Below the pieces are notes generated by a model. It was not told the origin of the DNA. It made no database searches and saw only the letters and a program-made list of their open reading frames with translations. Shown piece after piece: positions 12,606 through 26,620 of a stretch of 64,000 nt of DNA. The position numbers and the translations under genes are program-made. Source of the DNA: Podarcis vaucheri. Lineage: Eukaryota. Where the stretch lies: assembly GCA_965113315.1 (NCBI GenBank), contig OZ220369.1; one strand, written 5' to 3'. Every line of letters starts with the position of its first letter. The stretch's first letter is position 1.

Positions 12606-12939
12606 ACAGTGGTGCCCCGCAAGACGAATGCCTCGCAAGACTGAAAACCCGCTAGACGAAAGGGTTTTCCGTTTTTGAGCTGCTTCGCAAGACGATTTTC
12701 CCTATGGGCTTGCTTTGCAAGACGAAAACATCTTGCAAGTGTTCCAATTTTTTTTCGCTCCCCCCCCCCTTTTTCTAAGCCGCTAAGCCGCTAATAGCCT
12801 TTTAGCCGCTAATCCTTTAATAGTCGCTAAGCCTTTAATAGCCGCTAAACCGCTAATAGCACTAATCCGCTAAGCCGCTAATACCGCTAGACGGAGAGAC
12901 TCGCAGAACGGATTAATTTCGTCTTGCGAGGCACCACTG
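12606..12939. mobile_element. Tc1/mariner-type MITE with an internal short-repeat array
   Basis: TIRs CAGTGGTGCCCCGCAAGACGAA / TTCGTCTTGCGAGGCACCACTG, TA flanks; internal TAAGCCGCTAATAG-like units. Confidence 0.85.
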
Positions 12940-13071
12940 TAACTTAGAATGTAACTGCTTCCCCCAGCAGCGTAAATCAAAGCAGGCATTATTATTTTTC
13001 TGATGAACTGCATTGCCTATAAGTGGCTCAATGGTGTGCCTTGGGATTTCTCTCCCTCCACAGCTTGTTCA

Positions 13072-13278
<207 letters not shown>

Positions 13279-13414
13279 TCATTAAAGGGGGGGGGGATTA
13301 TCCTGGAGGATTACTACTAAATAGGAGCCAAAATTATAAACACTTTAGGAGAGTGGTTCTGCACATTAAATTCTTAGCACACCTGTGCTCTATGCACTGC
13401 TCTTGGGAAAACAT

Positions 13415-13650
13415 GGCAGAGGGCCTTCTTGGAAGTGGTGCCCGCCCTGTGGAACACCCTCCCATCAGATGTTAAGGAAATAACTATCTGACTTTTAGAG
13501 GACATCTGAAAGCAGCCCTGTATAGGGAAGTTTTTAATGTTTGATCTTTTATCATGTTTTTAATATTCTGTTGGGAGGTGGCCAGAGTGGCTGGGGAAAG
13601 CAAGCCAGATTGGCAGGGTATTAATAATAATAAATAATAATAATAATAAT
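13415..13650 (+). mobile_element. L2 LINE 3' end
   Basis: Same family as 4345-4868 (AGGGCCTTCTTGG...GCAGCCCTGTATAGGGAAG) with a (TAA)n tail. Confidence 0.8.
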
Positions 13651-13964
13651 ATGTTGTTGTTGTTATTATTACTGTTGTTGTAAGTCATGAAAAAAGTGCC
13701 ACAATTGTTCTGCTAAAGATTGCTAATCCATTTCATGGCAATTTAATGTATGGGCCAAGTGTTTGGGCTCTCATCAGAAAGCCAGGGCAGAAGGTCTGGG
13801 GAAGAAATGTTGAGAGACCTCAAGCAACTACCCTAAGAAAATAATGCTGGGCAATGTCATGTTTCTCTCTTCTGCATGAGCACAATTAACATACCTTGCC
13901 AATACTGCTTAACCTGTTTTGTAGTCAACAAACAGCTGCAATAACTACAAAGACACAGGAACTA

Positions 13965-14198
<234 letters not shown>

Positions 14199-14759
14199 TT
14201 AGAGTAGACTCTGGTCTAACAAGCAATATCTGAGGTTTTCTTGGAAACCTAAACTTTTGCTTTACATGTAAAAACATGGGATTGACTCACACGAGATGCA
14301 CATGTGTTAACTTTATGGGAGAGCAACTCTAATCTTGACTGGTGACAGGATTCAGAGACCTAAAAACTAAGCTGCACGCTTGTAGTAAAAATGCCCTTTT
14401 TGCCCCTCAGCAGGCAGTTTGTGAAAGCAAAAGTGATTCACAAGAGCGTCAACACTTCTATAAGAAACAAAGAATCAATACATGATCACACAACAGCTGC
14501 AGACAGGATTCAACTTCCCAATCATTTTATCTAGAAGCCTGGCCTCTAAGGACTGGATGGCACTGTTAGAATATTGTTTTGAATCCTCAAACAGCCACCA
14601 ATTTGGATAAATGCTTTTTTATAGTTGGTAACTGAAAGCTATAGTTGTGCATTGTGTAGGAATTTCAGTTTCTTCTAGACCACACTGTCTATAGGAAGGC
14701 ACCAGGGTGATAAAAGGTTTTGTCAGAAGTCCTGCTCTTGAATGCAAGCTCCATTCTCA

Positions 14760-15002
<243 letters not shown>

Positions 15003-15351
15003 TCATGCCCCAAGCTTTGATTGTAGTGTCCCATTTTCCAGGCTTCTCTCTTAATCTGGGTATCTTGAACAAGTTTGTGTAAATCATCAGCTTTCCAGGT
15101 AGGCTAGAAGCTCCCGCAACCATCAGGGGATATGCTATGAATTACTATACCTCCCCCATTAGCACCTTGCTTTGCAACACAAGCTCAGCTATTCTGCAGA
15201 AAAAGAGAGAAAGCAAGGCCATCTTGTCACCACCCTGCCAACCCAAACTCCTCTACCCCCAGGGAGGACTGAGCCCCCTACCTACATGATTGTTCTTTTG
15301 CTGGAAAGCATCCACAGAGACCCATCCCTAGAGTGGCCATGCAGCAAACTA

Positions 15352-15611
15352 CCATATTTTTTGCTCTATAAGACTCACTTTTTCCCTCCTAAAAAGTAAG
15401 GGGAAATGTGTGTGCGTCTTATGAAGCGAATGCAGGCTGCACAACAATCCCAGAAGCCAGAACAGCAAGAGGGGTCGCTGCTTTCACTGTGCAGCAATCC
15501 CTCTTGCTGTTCTGGCTTCTGAGATTCAGAATATTTTTTTTTCTTGTTTTCCTCCTCCAAAAACTAGGCGCGTCTTATGGTCTGGTGCGTCTTATAGAAC
15601 GAAAAATATGG
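15352..15611. mobile_element. Tigger/pogo-like MITE
   Basis: TIRs CCATATTTTTTGCTCTATAAGAC / GTCTTATAGAACGAAAAATATGG, TA flanks; internal hairpin; second copy at 47048-47306. Confidence 0.8.
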
Positions 15612-15653
15612 TACTTCTCAGAAGACGAAACGCTGGGGTGGAAAGGAGCCTTA

Positions 15654-15911
<258 letters not shown>

Positions 15912-15953
15912 TTAGAAACCAAGCATCCGTGGAGGGAGTCCAGCACAGAGTCA

Positions 15954-16211
<258 letters not shown>

Positions 16212-16946
16212 TCATGTACCTGCGGGACTTGGCTGCTAATTAACCGTCTTTAAAACTATTCATCAAGAGCTTAGTAAAATTGAGGTATGAATAAACTGAT
16301 CCTCTCTGCACTGACGAAATGCTTTTAGAGTCCATATATAACTGTAAAGTGTAATGAATGGGTGCTTTTAAGTATTCCAGTGAGGACTAAATGGTAGAGT
16401 GTTGCTTTTTACAATCCCTGATACGATCAATGGGCTAATGGCAAAGTCAGTCCCAGACAGGTTCACATCTATGTACGTAGGAGGACCCAAGAGAGGTGGG
16501 AAGCAAAACAGGATATTTGTAACATTTTATTCTGGCCTTCTCCAAAGAGGTTTTCCACCCCCAAGTTCTTCTAACAACCCCGTGAGGTGGGTTAGGTTTC
16601 AAAAAGAGTGACTAGTTCAGTGTCATGTAGCCACAAGGTTGATTTGAATCTGTTTTTCTCCAGTCCATCTGTTACAACACACCGGCTCTCTGCATTCAAC
16701 TCTATCACAGCCTGCTGCAGGATGATATGCATTTTATCGTGCCCGTGAGAAAGAGATGTAGTCTTCTGTGGGGATAGGGATGGTGCACAGGTACACGCAC
16801 AATCCTTGCATCTGTCACATTTTTGGTGCAGTTTTTGGGCCAGTCATCAGTTACACAAACCTTGGAAAAATCTCAGAAGCCTGCTGCAGTTTATTGCCAA
16901 GAATGGGTACGCCTCTAGTCAAGACCCTGACTTTTATCCCCACTTA

Positions 16947-17054
<108 letters not shown>

Positions 17055-17515
17055 CTAAAGGAGGAAGAGAAGCGTCAACCGCAACCATATTGTGCCAGGC
17101 AGAGGGCACTGGATTTACTTATTTTTGCTTTCTTGGCTAGAAATAAAAGCTTATGCAGAAAGCATGAGGATGGTACAGATCACCCCAACCCAATACCCCC
17201 TTATTGTATCCATATGTTAATATGCCTTACATACAGTAAGTGCAGAAATCTGTACATTTCCAATTTTCTGATTGCGGTTTCACACACTTCACCTCTATGT
17301 GCACTGGGATTTACTTATGTAAACTAACATGCAAATGGGGTATAAATGTGTCTGTGTACATTTCACTTGATATGGTGCCAGGATGCCAAGGACCAACCAG
17401 CATAATCTTGACCATTCACCACCACCACCACCACTCCCTAAAACCTTCCTTTTCAGTCTACCAAGGAAACAGACTAAGGGCCATTGTACATTTGGAGTTC
17501 AGTCAGACACCATTA

Positions 17516-17665
<150 letters not shown>

Positions 17666-18759
17666 TCAGCCCTTTCTACATAACTAAAGCAAGCAGAATA
17701 TGTTACTTGAATAGGCCTTCTTCTAGGCAGCAATTAAGGCTTCCACAACATTAAAAAGCCTTTTTTCCCACTGAGACCCATAGTTGACATCAGGATGCAG
17801 AGCATGAGCAATTAAGCTCAAAACCTTGCTAGAAGCCCATGGGTGCTTAGGAGTAGCCAACCTGGTACCTTCCAGATATTGTGATTTGCAACTCCCATCA
17901 TCCCCGATTACTGGCAATAATCGGCTGAGGAGAGTTGAACTCCACAATATCAAGAGGGCACCATGTTGGCTATCACTGAAATGAGCATTCAGAGACTAGA
18001 TATTCCTGCTCTGCATTTTGCTTTCTTGCACAAGAAGCCACCTTTTGGTTAACCAATCTAGAAACTGTGTTCTAGAGGGTTGCTTGGAACCTTATCAGAA
18101 AGCTCTCCAATGACAATGATTAGTAAAGATGATCAGAAGTTTGATGCAAAATGTTGCTCATCAATAGCTCTATTTCTCTGCAAGATTCAGCACAGGAGAA
18201 CATTGGGTCTGTTGTAGCATGAATGCATGCTCTATACATTCTGAGTGACTGTGAGGCTCAAAAGACATGAGTCAAGCATGTTGCCTGGAACAAGGGTCGT
18301 CAGAAGGTAGATCTGGATCTACTGGCAGATTACTGGAAGATTTACAATAGACTGTTGAGAATTCCAGATGCCCCAGTTGTTTCACTACAACAATGAACAC
18401 CCACACAAATTAAGACGTTAAGAAACCCTAATCTGTAGTAACTCAAATACAGACTAGTACTTTTATGTGCTACTCATCCTAGAGTATTGCTCATAGGGAG
18501 CTGGCTCTACTTTAAAGCCACCATTTTGCACATGGTTCTGCACAGTGAACCTCATCATTGTAGTGGGTCCAACAAGCCTGATGTCTGATCACACTTGTCC
18601 AAGAGCAGGCCCGCCCAAAAATCCTCTGCAACATGCAAGGGTTTTGTGGTGGACATGTACGAAGCTCCTCAAGCAGACAACTAGTGTAGAAAAAAGATTC
18701 CTTAAAAGCACAAAGTTTGAAAATCATAATTATGATCCAATCCTTCCAACTCCCTGAAA

Positions 18760-19350
18760 ATGGTATTCATAGACCTGTCACCTTTAATATTGGAGGTAAT
18801 GCACTGCGCCACTGTGACTAATAGCCACCGATAGCTTTCTATCCCATGAATTAAGTCTAAACCCCCATTAAAATTGGTGGCCATTATTACATTTTTGTGG
18901 CATCAAGGTTCATAATTTATAACTATGTATTGACACATATTGTACTATGCGAAGGACTTCCTTTGGTCTGTCCTGAATTATCGAACATTCAGGCTCATTA
19001 AATGTTCCTGGGTTTGGTTATTATGAGGAAGGGTTTTTAAAAAAAACCTTCTCTCTATCCACTTTCCCCACACCAGGCATAATTTTATAATTTTCATCAT
19101 GTCCCTCTGCTTACTTGCCTTTTTTCCTACACTGAAAAACCCCTCCAGATTTTGTAACCTTTCCTCACAAGGGAGTTGTTCCAGCCTATATTATTTTGCT
19201 GACCCTTTTCCATCTCTACAATATCCTTTTTGAGGTACAGCAACCAGAACTGTACACAGTACGGTGTTCCAAGTGCAGCCTCATCACAGATTATTGTAAC
19301 AGCACTAGGATGTTGGCAGTTTTATCTTCAACCCCTTTCCTAACAATCCC
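18760..19350 (-). mobile_element. Degenerate CR1 LINE fragment
   Basis: CR1-typical CCAGAACTGTACACAGTA...CCAAGTGCAGCCTCA segment; approximate boundaries. Confidence 0.6.
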
Positions 19351-19463
19351 TGGTAAGGAACTCCTGCCAGTTTCTTCACTGAGCTATCTGCCCACTGTAT
19401 TACCGTATACTGTGTTACAACAAACAAACCAGCAAGCAAATGCTCCTTTTGAAAAATCCTTAC

Positions 19464-19664
19464 CCATTGATCCCAACATGAAATTCCGCCATACGTTTCG
19501 GAGGTGGTGGTGGTGGAGGTGGAGGAGGAGGAGGAGGAGGTGGTGGAGCTTCTGGTTCTGGCTCTGGGGTAGGCGGTTCTGGCTGTGGGGTAGGTGGTTC
19601 TGCCTCGGGGGTAGGTGCCGGCTCTGGAGAGATTTTCGGAGGAGACCCTTCACTTATCTCGAGC
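19464..19664 (-). CDS. GAPDHS: GAPDHS Pro-rich exon (201 nt, phase 2-2) with internal ATG at 19492
   Basis: ttccag|G LEISEGSPPKISPEPAPTPEAEPPTPQPEPPTPEPEPEA-P16-KRMAEFHVGIN(G)|gtaagg; joins FGRIGR in frame. Confidence 0.93.
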
Positions 19665-20940
19665 CTGGAAGCATCAGAAAGGAGTAAGCATGCTGGCTTG
19701 GACAGAGGCAACTAAAGATCATATTGGCTAAACAGATTTTAATTGGTTTAAGTCATTCTCACTCCCCAGAACTAGAAGTCTATGGTAGGGGATGCCAGTA
19801 AAAATCATCCCCCTCCCTAGACTACCATTTCCAAGATTCTTTAATGGGCCATCATACTCCCATGTGGGTTAACCCAAGGAAATTCATTATTCCTGCTCCC
19901 CCCCCCCCCCAACATTCTTTATTCGACGGTTAGATCATTTATACAAGGCACGAAGATTTAACTTAAGGACTTTTCTAACAAGGATGGACTTCATATTGTC
20001 CTATGTTTCTCTCTCCCTCCCAGCGACCTTGGTTTACAATGATCTACACTGTGACATGTGACTCAAAACCATTGCACAGTGTTGCAACAAAAAGAGGAAG
20101 AGACCCGCTACTTAAAAAGAATTTCCAGATACCGTACTGGTCTACATACAAATTCTAGGCTTATGCACACTTCTTCTCGTCCTGTGCCGGGGGGTCTGAG
20201 TGGTCTTCCACTTGTCCCACACTTTCCAGACATGGGTCTGAATGGTTTTGCCTTGCCCCACCAGTTTCCCCCGGGAAATTCGCTCTTTAGCAATACAGTG
20301 GAAGAAATGACAATCTGCAGAAACCTCAATTGCCGATTGTTTCAATTCACCACTAAAGACTGGGTTTCCCAAGGGGAAAGGCGGTGGGGCAAACGGAGTA
20401 TGCCACAAGCATTTTGTTCTATGACAATTTCTGCTCCAGGGTTGAGTTCAGGAACTTGAGCTTCAACTTTGGACCAGAGGCTGGCTGTACACAGCAATGC
20501 TTTGATGGCTTCTGTGACATCATGAACCCCCTTCACTTCCATTAATTCCAGAGTCAGCTTAGCAGTTGCTCATATTGATATTTTTTTTAAGCCTTACATG
20601 TGATGCTTTAAAAAGATAGCCACCTAAAGCACAGGGGGAAGACGCATGACTAATCAACATTTACACTACTAGTATTCCTTTATTACAAAGATAGGAGAAA
20701 GCTTGGCTTACCATGCAGGAAAAATGAGCTCAACTTTCAATGGGTCTAACTCTGGATAAAATGCACAGCTACAACACACTCATTACAGGAATTATTTCTG
20801 GTGACCAATGCATATTACATGGTTTGCATTGAGCCAGGCAACTTGAGTTTCAAAATGGGATTTACTGTGTAATTAGGAAGCTTGTTTGCTCATTCCAGGG
20901 CAAGAACAACGAAATTAATGTAAACTTCCGATTTAGTATA

Positions 20941-21190
20941 CAGTCGTACCTTGGTTGTCGAACAGAATCCATTGTGGAAGTCCGTTTGATTTACGAAAAT
21001 GTTCAACAATCAAGGTGCGGCTTCTGATTGGCTGCAGAAGATTCCTGCACTCAATCAGAAGCCGCGGAAGTTGCCTCAGACATTTGGCTTCCCAAAAACA
21101 TTTGCAAACAGGAACACTCACTTTTGGTTTGCGGCATTTGGGAGCCAAAATGTTCGAGTCGCAAGGCGTTCAAGATCCAATGTATGCCTG
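20941..21190. mobile_element. Tc1/mariner-type MITE (older)
   Basis: TA-CAGTCGTACCTTGG left end with a degenerate right TIR ending CTG-TA. Confidence 0.65.
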
Positions 21191-22085
21191 TACATATCTC
21201 TGAGAGACTGTCCACTCCTTAATTTGCCAGTAGCTTTGTTTTGTTCTTGGATTAAACCAAGCATCCCGGAATAAGATCTTAAAATTGCTGCCTGCTAAGC
21301 TACTTCTGACAGGCCACATGCCCCAAAGGCTTGGAAATGGCAAACAGCTTCACTAATTATGTCATGATGCACCTCCTGTAAGACCACATTACACAGGACA
21401 GCCAAGTGGGGAACCCCAGTAAGTAACAATACATACCGTCACAAAGCAAAATAGCCTTGTAGACTGAAACCTGGAGGGAGGCCAAATATTTTAAGACTGA
21501 AGGGGGCCTCCAAGTCAAGGTTAACCAGAACACACAGTTTTCTCCGGAGTGAGATTCACTTTGCTATGCTTCTATGTAAAGTAGATGAATCCTTGCCATA
21601 GCAAAAGCTAGGATACATGAGAGCATAGCTGTTTTCTGTAGTTTCATCCAAGAGTTGAAGATTCCATCACACAATACACTGAGGCAAGCAAAGATAAATG
21701 GCAGTTCCAAAACATTCCAGTATTCCTGGCCACACTAAAGAGGGCTGGTCGCCTAGGATCACTAACCCAAACGACAACTTTGGGTGCTTCTGAACATGTA
21801 AACAAGCCTTCAATATGGAGAACAGTGAAAAGGTTTAATAAAAAATATTTTCATATCCAGATAGAACATGCTTACTTAACCAAATTTCAGTAAGCGCACA
21901 CTACATGCTAAAGGAAGTTCCTAAATAACTTACATCTGCTTGGGAGAATCTCACTTGGAGAAAAGTTCTCTTAAATGGGTTTCACTGAGGTTCTGGATAT
22001 TGCCTTACCCATTGTTGAACCTCATTTACAAATGAAGTTTAACAGACATAGAACAGGGTGGCTTTCAAACCATATATTGTGAACC

Positions 22086-22155
22086 TTTACTGTTATTTTT
22101 ACCACTATATATCTTACCTCTTTACTATTATTTTTACCACTATATATCTTACCTC
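22086..22155. repeat. 35-bp tandem duplication
   Basis: TTTACT(G/A)TTATTTTTACCACTATATATCTTACCTC x2. Confidence 0.9.
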
Positions 22156-22238
22156 TAGTTACATTGGCTTTACCAACTCACGGAGAAGGCTGCCGGTATT
22201 TAAGCATTCATCAGAACCCCCTCAAGAAATTTGCTTAC

Positions 22239-22303
22239 CTGAAAACTTTGACACTAACTGATGTGCCGCCACAATCCGGTGGCGGTGAGCAACTGCGATT
22301 CAT
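22239..22303 (-). CDS. GAPDHS: GAPDHS putative first coding (cassette) exon; whole exon 22239-22335
   Basis: Acceptor tttctag|, AGAATGA start, MNRSCSPPPDCGGTSVSVKVF(R), strong CAG|gtaagc donor in phase 2 matching the Pro-rich exon; locally retains CpGs. Confidence 0.72.
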
Positions 22304-25300
22304 TCTGCTGGCTGACCTATCTACCGTTTCTCTACCTAGAAATACTGAAAGAGGATTTCAGGAGGCTGGTTAACTTCTGCTCGGCTAAAGCTTGCTGCAG
22401 CTATTATCAAAGATTCCTTTGCTCCCCAGCATTTCTGTTTTTTCACCACCCATTCAAAACTGTGTTCTTAATAAGAATCAGGGACTTCTGGCCCAAAAGT
22501 GGTTATAAGAACAAAGAGCATCGGGGTAGTGGGGAGATAAGAAGGTCTGGCAATTTTTAGAAGTGCACCTCCAAATGTTCTCCAAGTAACTTGCTTTCCT
22601 GGAAATGTTAGTCTGAAAGACTAGTTCCTACACTGGTAGCAAAAAAAATGTTATTTAGAGGGATTACCAAAATTCAGATTGAAACAATAGATTTTTGGAG
22701 CCATCTTCAGAAGAACCACAGTCCAGTTCTACCCTACTGAGCAGATATTAGGAAAAAATCGTCAAAAATATCCCTGAAGATGAAGAGTAGCAACAGAAAA
22801 ATGCCTTATTACAGCAGCTCATTGACAGTTCCGAAAATTGTGAAATGGCTTTTTGTTATAACTTCAACAATGCAACATATACCATATTTTTTTATATATA
22901 CTGCTTGTATGCCAAAATGGCAATAGCAATACGACACAGAGGTGATTGTATCAGTTGCCTATCAAGGTCTTTTCAGCTTTCAATCTACTTTTTTGCTTCA
23001 GCATCCTGTGCAGAACCCAAGAATAAGTGGAGAAACGTTTGCCCTGGGGGGCATAGCAGAATGCTAGACAAACAAGGACAGCTATTTGCACAGTGCTCCT
23101 GCCCAGACCAGAAAGCAGATGATAGCCAAGGTTATATATGAATCAAGAGAGCACAGCTTCGCATTTGAAGACAGTTACATAAGCATGACTATCTACATTT
23201 GTGTTCCTGAGCCCCTTCGTTTGCATTCAGCAGGATGACTCCGCAAGTTTGCTTTATGTCCTGTTGGCCCCATTTGTATTGAGTCTAAGCTACAGGTTTA
23301 TATAACCATGATTATATGGTTTGTTACAAGCAGAACAAGTTGCTTCCCCTGGTCATTTTAACCTAGGCTTCTGCCAACGGCAAATAGGAAAATACTCATA
23401 AAATACAAAAAGGCAGAGAAAAGAATAAATACAGTGTCTTACCATCCTGAGGTTCCAGTATTAATTTCTCCCGCTGAGTTATAGTGGCTTTGCAATACAA
23501 AACCAGTATCACATTTGTGTCTCACCACTTCAACCTTGAGCAGGATCACCTTAGTCATATATTATCTCTTATTTGTATAAAAATGGATACTGGATGACAC
23601 TTCAAAAATGCAGATGATGCTAGTAACACGTTAAGGTGGGGGTTTTCCAACCTTCCCTGCTACAGCCACCATCAACCATCAATTATTTCTAGCAACGCTG
23701 CTTGCCAGACTTTCAGCTCCACTAGTGATACTTAGTGGAGCCATGCTTTAGAGATGGTACCTCTTTTGCCAACCAAGTGCTTCCCATACAAGGAGATATT
23801 AAAATGAATCAAACCAAGGAAAGAAAGAAGCAAAGATCTTAGTCAAATGATATTTCATGTAGAAATCCTGCATTTTCCCTGATTTTGTTAAAATGTTGCA
23901 TGCCAAACAATAAATATCTTGGCAACCGCAATTGGAAGAACAGAAGCCATTTTGTTTCAGAACAGCTCAGGTCTGCAACCTCCCAAGCGTATTATTTCTA
24001 AATTGCTCGGTACAGAAAAACCTTTCTATTCCTTGGCAGACAGCCCCATGGAATTTTGCAACCCATTGCAGATTTTACAACGCATTTTCACAACAGTGTA
24101 CGGTAAAAAGGGGAACTTAGCAATAGCAATTTTGCAGCATTGCTGTGAAAACGACATTGGCCTAAGCATCAATTATTTTGCCGCCGTTATTTGGTGTTCT
24201 TGGATCTTCCGGTTTACGCAGCTTCCATGAATGCAACAGCTTGGAACTGTATGACAGCCACAGAAGTTTGACAAAATGAGTATTAACCAGATATATTTTC
24301 TTCTATTGCTTCATTACCATTTTGGCCTTCCATACGTGTACCTAGTACATCACGACAGAAGCAACAGTCCATCACCGAAGTGAGTACATTCCCATCCTTC
24401 TGCAGACATCTAATTGCTGCAGTGACGCTCTGTGGCCAACAGCAGAGTCCCAAACCCATCCAAGAGTACATTAAGCAGCAACCACAGCCTAGAGCAGCAT
24501 CGGCAGGCACATACAGTCCCTGAGCATTTTACAACCATCACGTCCTAGCTGCAGATGCTGTGACCTTGAGACTGTATTGGTGCAGCAGAAAAGTCTGCCC
24601 ACACCCTACTCCTATGCCGTTAGATGTGCCAAAGCTCATAGGTGCCAATGGTCTTAGTCAGACCTAGAGCTAGTTGCACAGTCTAATCATGCTATACATT
24701 TCTCAGTATAAACCTATGGCACCCATTGCAGTGTACCCTTGCTAACAACCGGGATCCAGATTTTCAGTTAGAAAATGGGCTCTTATCTCCTTCCTGCATT
24801 CCTGGAACAAACAGTTTGCATTTGACCTCTACTGACCAAAGATAGGAAGTCTGTTTTTTTAGCCTTTAGTCTAAGCCTAGGCATGTTTCCCTTCTTGTTG
24901 TTTGTGGGGAGCCTGGAGCAAGATAACAGTTAGCTGTCTGCTCATATTAGCAATTGAGACTTACAACCTCCTTCACAGAAAGACTATATACTTGATCTGT
25001 GGATCACCTCTACCGAAGGTCCATCTATTCGCCTGCTGTAGTCAATAATGCAGGCTTGCAACATATTCATGGTCTCATTTCCAATGTCTCAATATTTCAT
25101 TATGATTGCAGTTTTAAGCAGACATTGTGTGCACTTAAATTTTGAGCTACAGCTCCAAGAAAGTAGATTTTTTCGAACAGGCTATCAACGTATAAAAAGT
25201 GTAGAATTAAAAAAAATGCTTTATATTCTGCCAACAGGGCACTGGATGAATTTATAATGGTGCAGCATATTTGCAGAGTCTCATTCTTGCAATGAGCACA

Positions 25301-26399
25301 CGGTTCTGCAGCCTAGTTTCTACCAAAAATAAGAGTCAGATTAATTTCCCTTCTAACAATGGCATTATTTGCAAGGAAGTAGCTTTTCAGTTTCTGAAAT
25401 CCCTGAGGGAGAATCCTGGCCATCTTTCAACTGCTGCTCTCTGGAGCGTGCCTGGCTGCACGCAGACATCACTGCTTCCTAATCTCACCGATGTGGTGCG
25501 ACAGTCACATGAACAGGACGGATCCATACAATTAGCAGTTGATCTGGAAGAAACCAACTCGATCGCTAGGTAACAGGGGTCTTTGCTTTCCTACCTCTGC
25601 AAAAATCCCTAAGTATTGAAAACTACCCAGCCAGGGTAAAGGCAATGTATATAAACATGAACCAGTTCCTTCTCTCACCTGGAACTGATACAGCAGAACA
25701 AATCTCTACAACTTATTATATTTTGGTTTATGCAAAATATATACAATAAAAATGATGTGATATTATTCCTCAAAGGGGATGAGCAGTTTAAAAAAAAGAA
25801 ACCTGGGCTTATACCTACAGAAGGGAGTAGGTGGGACAGAATTTTTCATTAAATTCCTTTTTTATTAAAAAAAAACCACAGTAAGGGAGATGCTCCTTCC
25901 ATTGATGAAGAAAAGTAAAAAGGCAGTAAAAAAGCTCATCTAACAGTCCTCAAAATGGAATGGTCCAGGCTTGACTCTTCAGTGGTTTTTCTGACGCAGT
26001 TGCATTTCTAGAGAGATCCATGGTACAGAGGCAGATGAATCTGCATCATCATCTCCTACTCTCAGTTGTTTAGTGCCTTCTCTAGCAGCAGCTGAAGCTT
26101 CCCTCCTGGCGCCCGACTATGGGGGAACCTTCCTTGGTATCCAGCATTCTTGTCACTGCAAATACTTTCAAAGCAAGCCCTAAAGCTTCCTTACAGCACC
26201 CTTACCATTCACCCATCAAGGGCAACATTCTCTCTCCAAACTGCTGCATTGTAGCATCAAGCAAACCTGCAATCCTGTAATTTATTCCCCTTTACACCCC
26301 AACCTTTCCTCCAAGGAGACCGAAGTGGCACACATGGCTCCCCTTCTCCTCCCACTCCGTCCAAATTTAAGCCCTGAAACCACCTTGTGGGGTAGGTGT

Positions 26400-26620
26400 G
26401 TTTGTGTTTATTATCTTTATATACTACTGTTTCTTCCAAGGAGCTCAAGGTGGTGTGCATGGTCCTCCTTCCCCATTTCATCCTCACAACAACCCTCTGA
26501 GGTAGGCTTAGGCTGAGAAGTGGTGACTGGCCCAAGGTCACCCAATACAGTGGACTGAGTGCGGGTTTGAACCTGGTTTCTGCCATGTCTTAGTGAAACA
26601 CTCTCACTGCTACAGCACGC
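26400..26620 (-). mobile_element. Old tRNA-derived SINE (MIR/Squam3-like)
   Basis: CCTCACAACAACCCTCTGAGGTAGG...GCCCAAGGTCACCCA core; relatives at ~3580-3720, 5060-5270, 16520-16690 and 61960-62120. Confidence 0.6.

Noticed and set aside
12775-12892. Short repeat array as a possible CRISPR
   Set aside because: Eukaryotic MITE interior with no unique spacers and no cas genes.
20058-22080. Fragments resembling mononegavirus L motifs (PVPGGLSGLP, RLGSLT, HR) and a P-loop-like GQGKTIQT
   Set aside because: Short isolated matches on different frames or strands, no GDN motif and no sustained homology; BLASTx would be needed to call an endogenous viral element.
23443-23558. Alternative GAPDHS first coding exon MTKVILLKVEVV...SG(W) with a phase-2 donor
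   Set aside because: It is in frame, but it has a weak Kozak context, no clear acceptor and no CpG retention. The 22239-22335 exon is the better candidate, although this one is not fully excluded.
25035-25070. VVNNAGLQHI, an SDR dehydrogenase-like motif
   Set aside because: No flanking TGxxxGxG or YxxxK motifs and no exon structure; chance match.
25975-26055. ATGATGA...CTGA on the minus strand, a possible C/D snoRNA
   Set aside because: No terminal stem and no recognisable rRNA-antisense guide.
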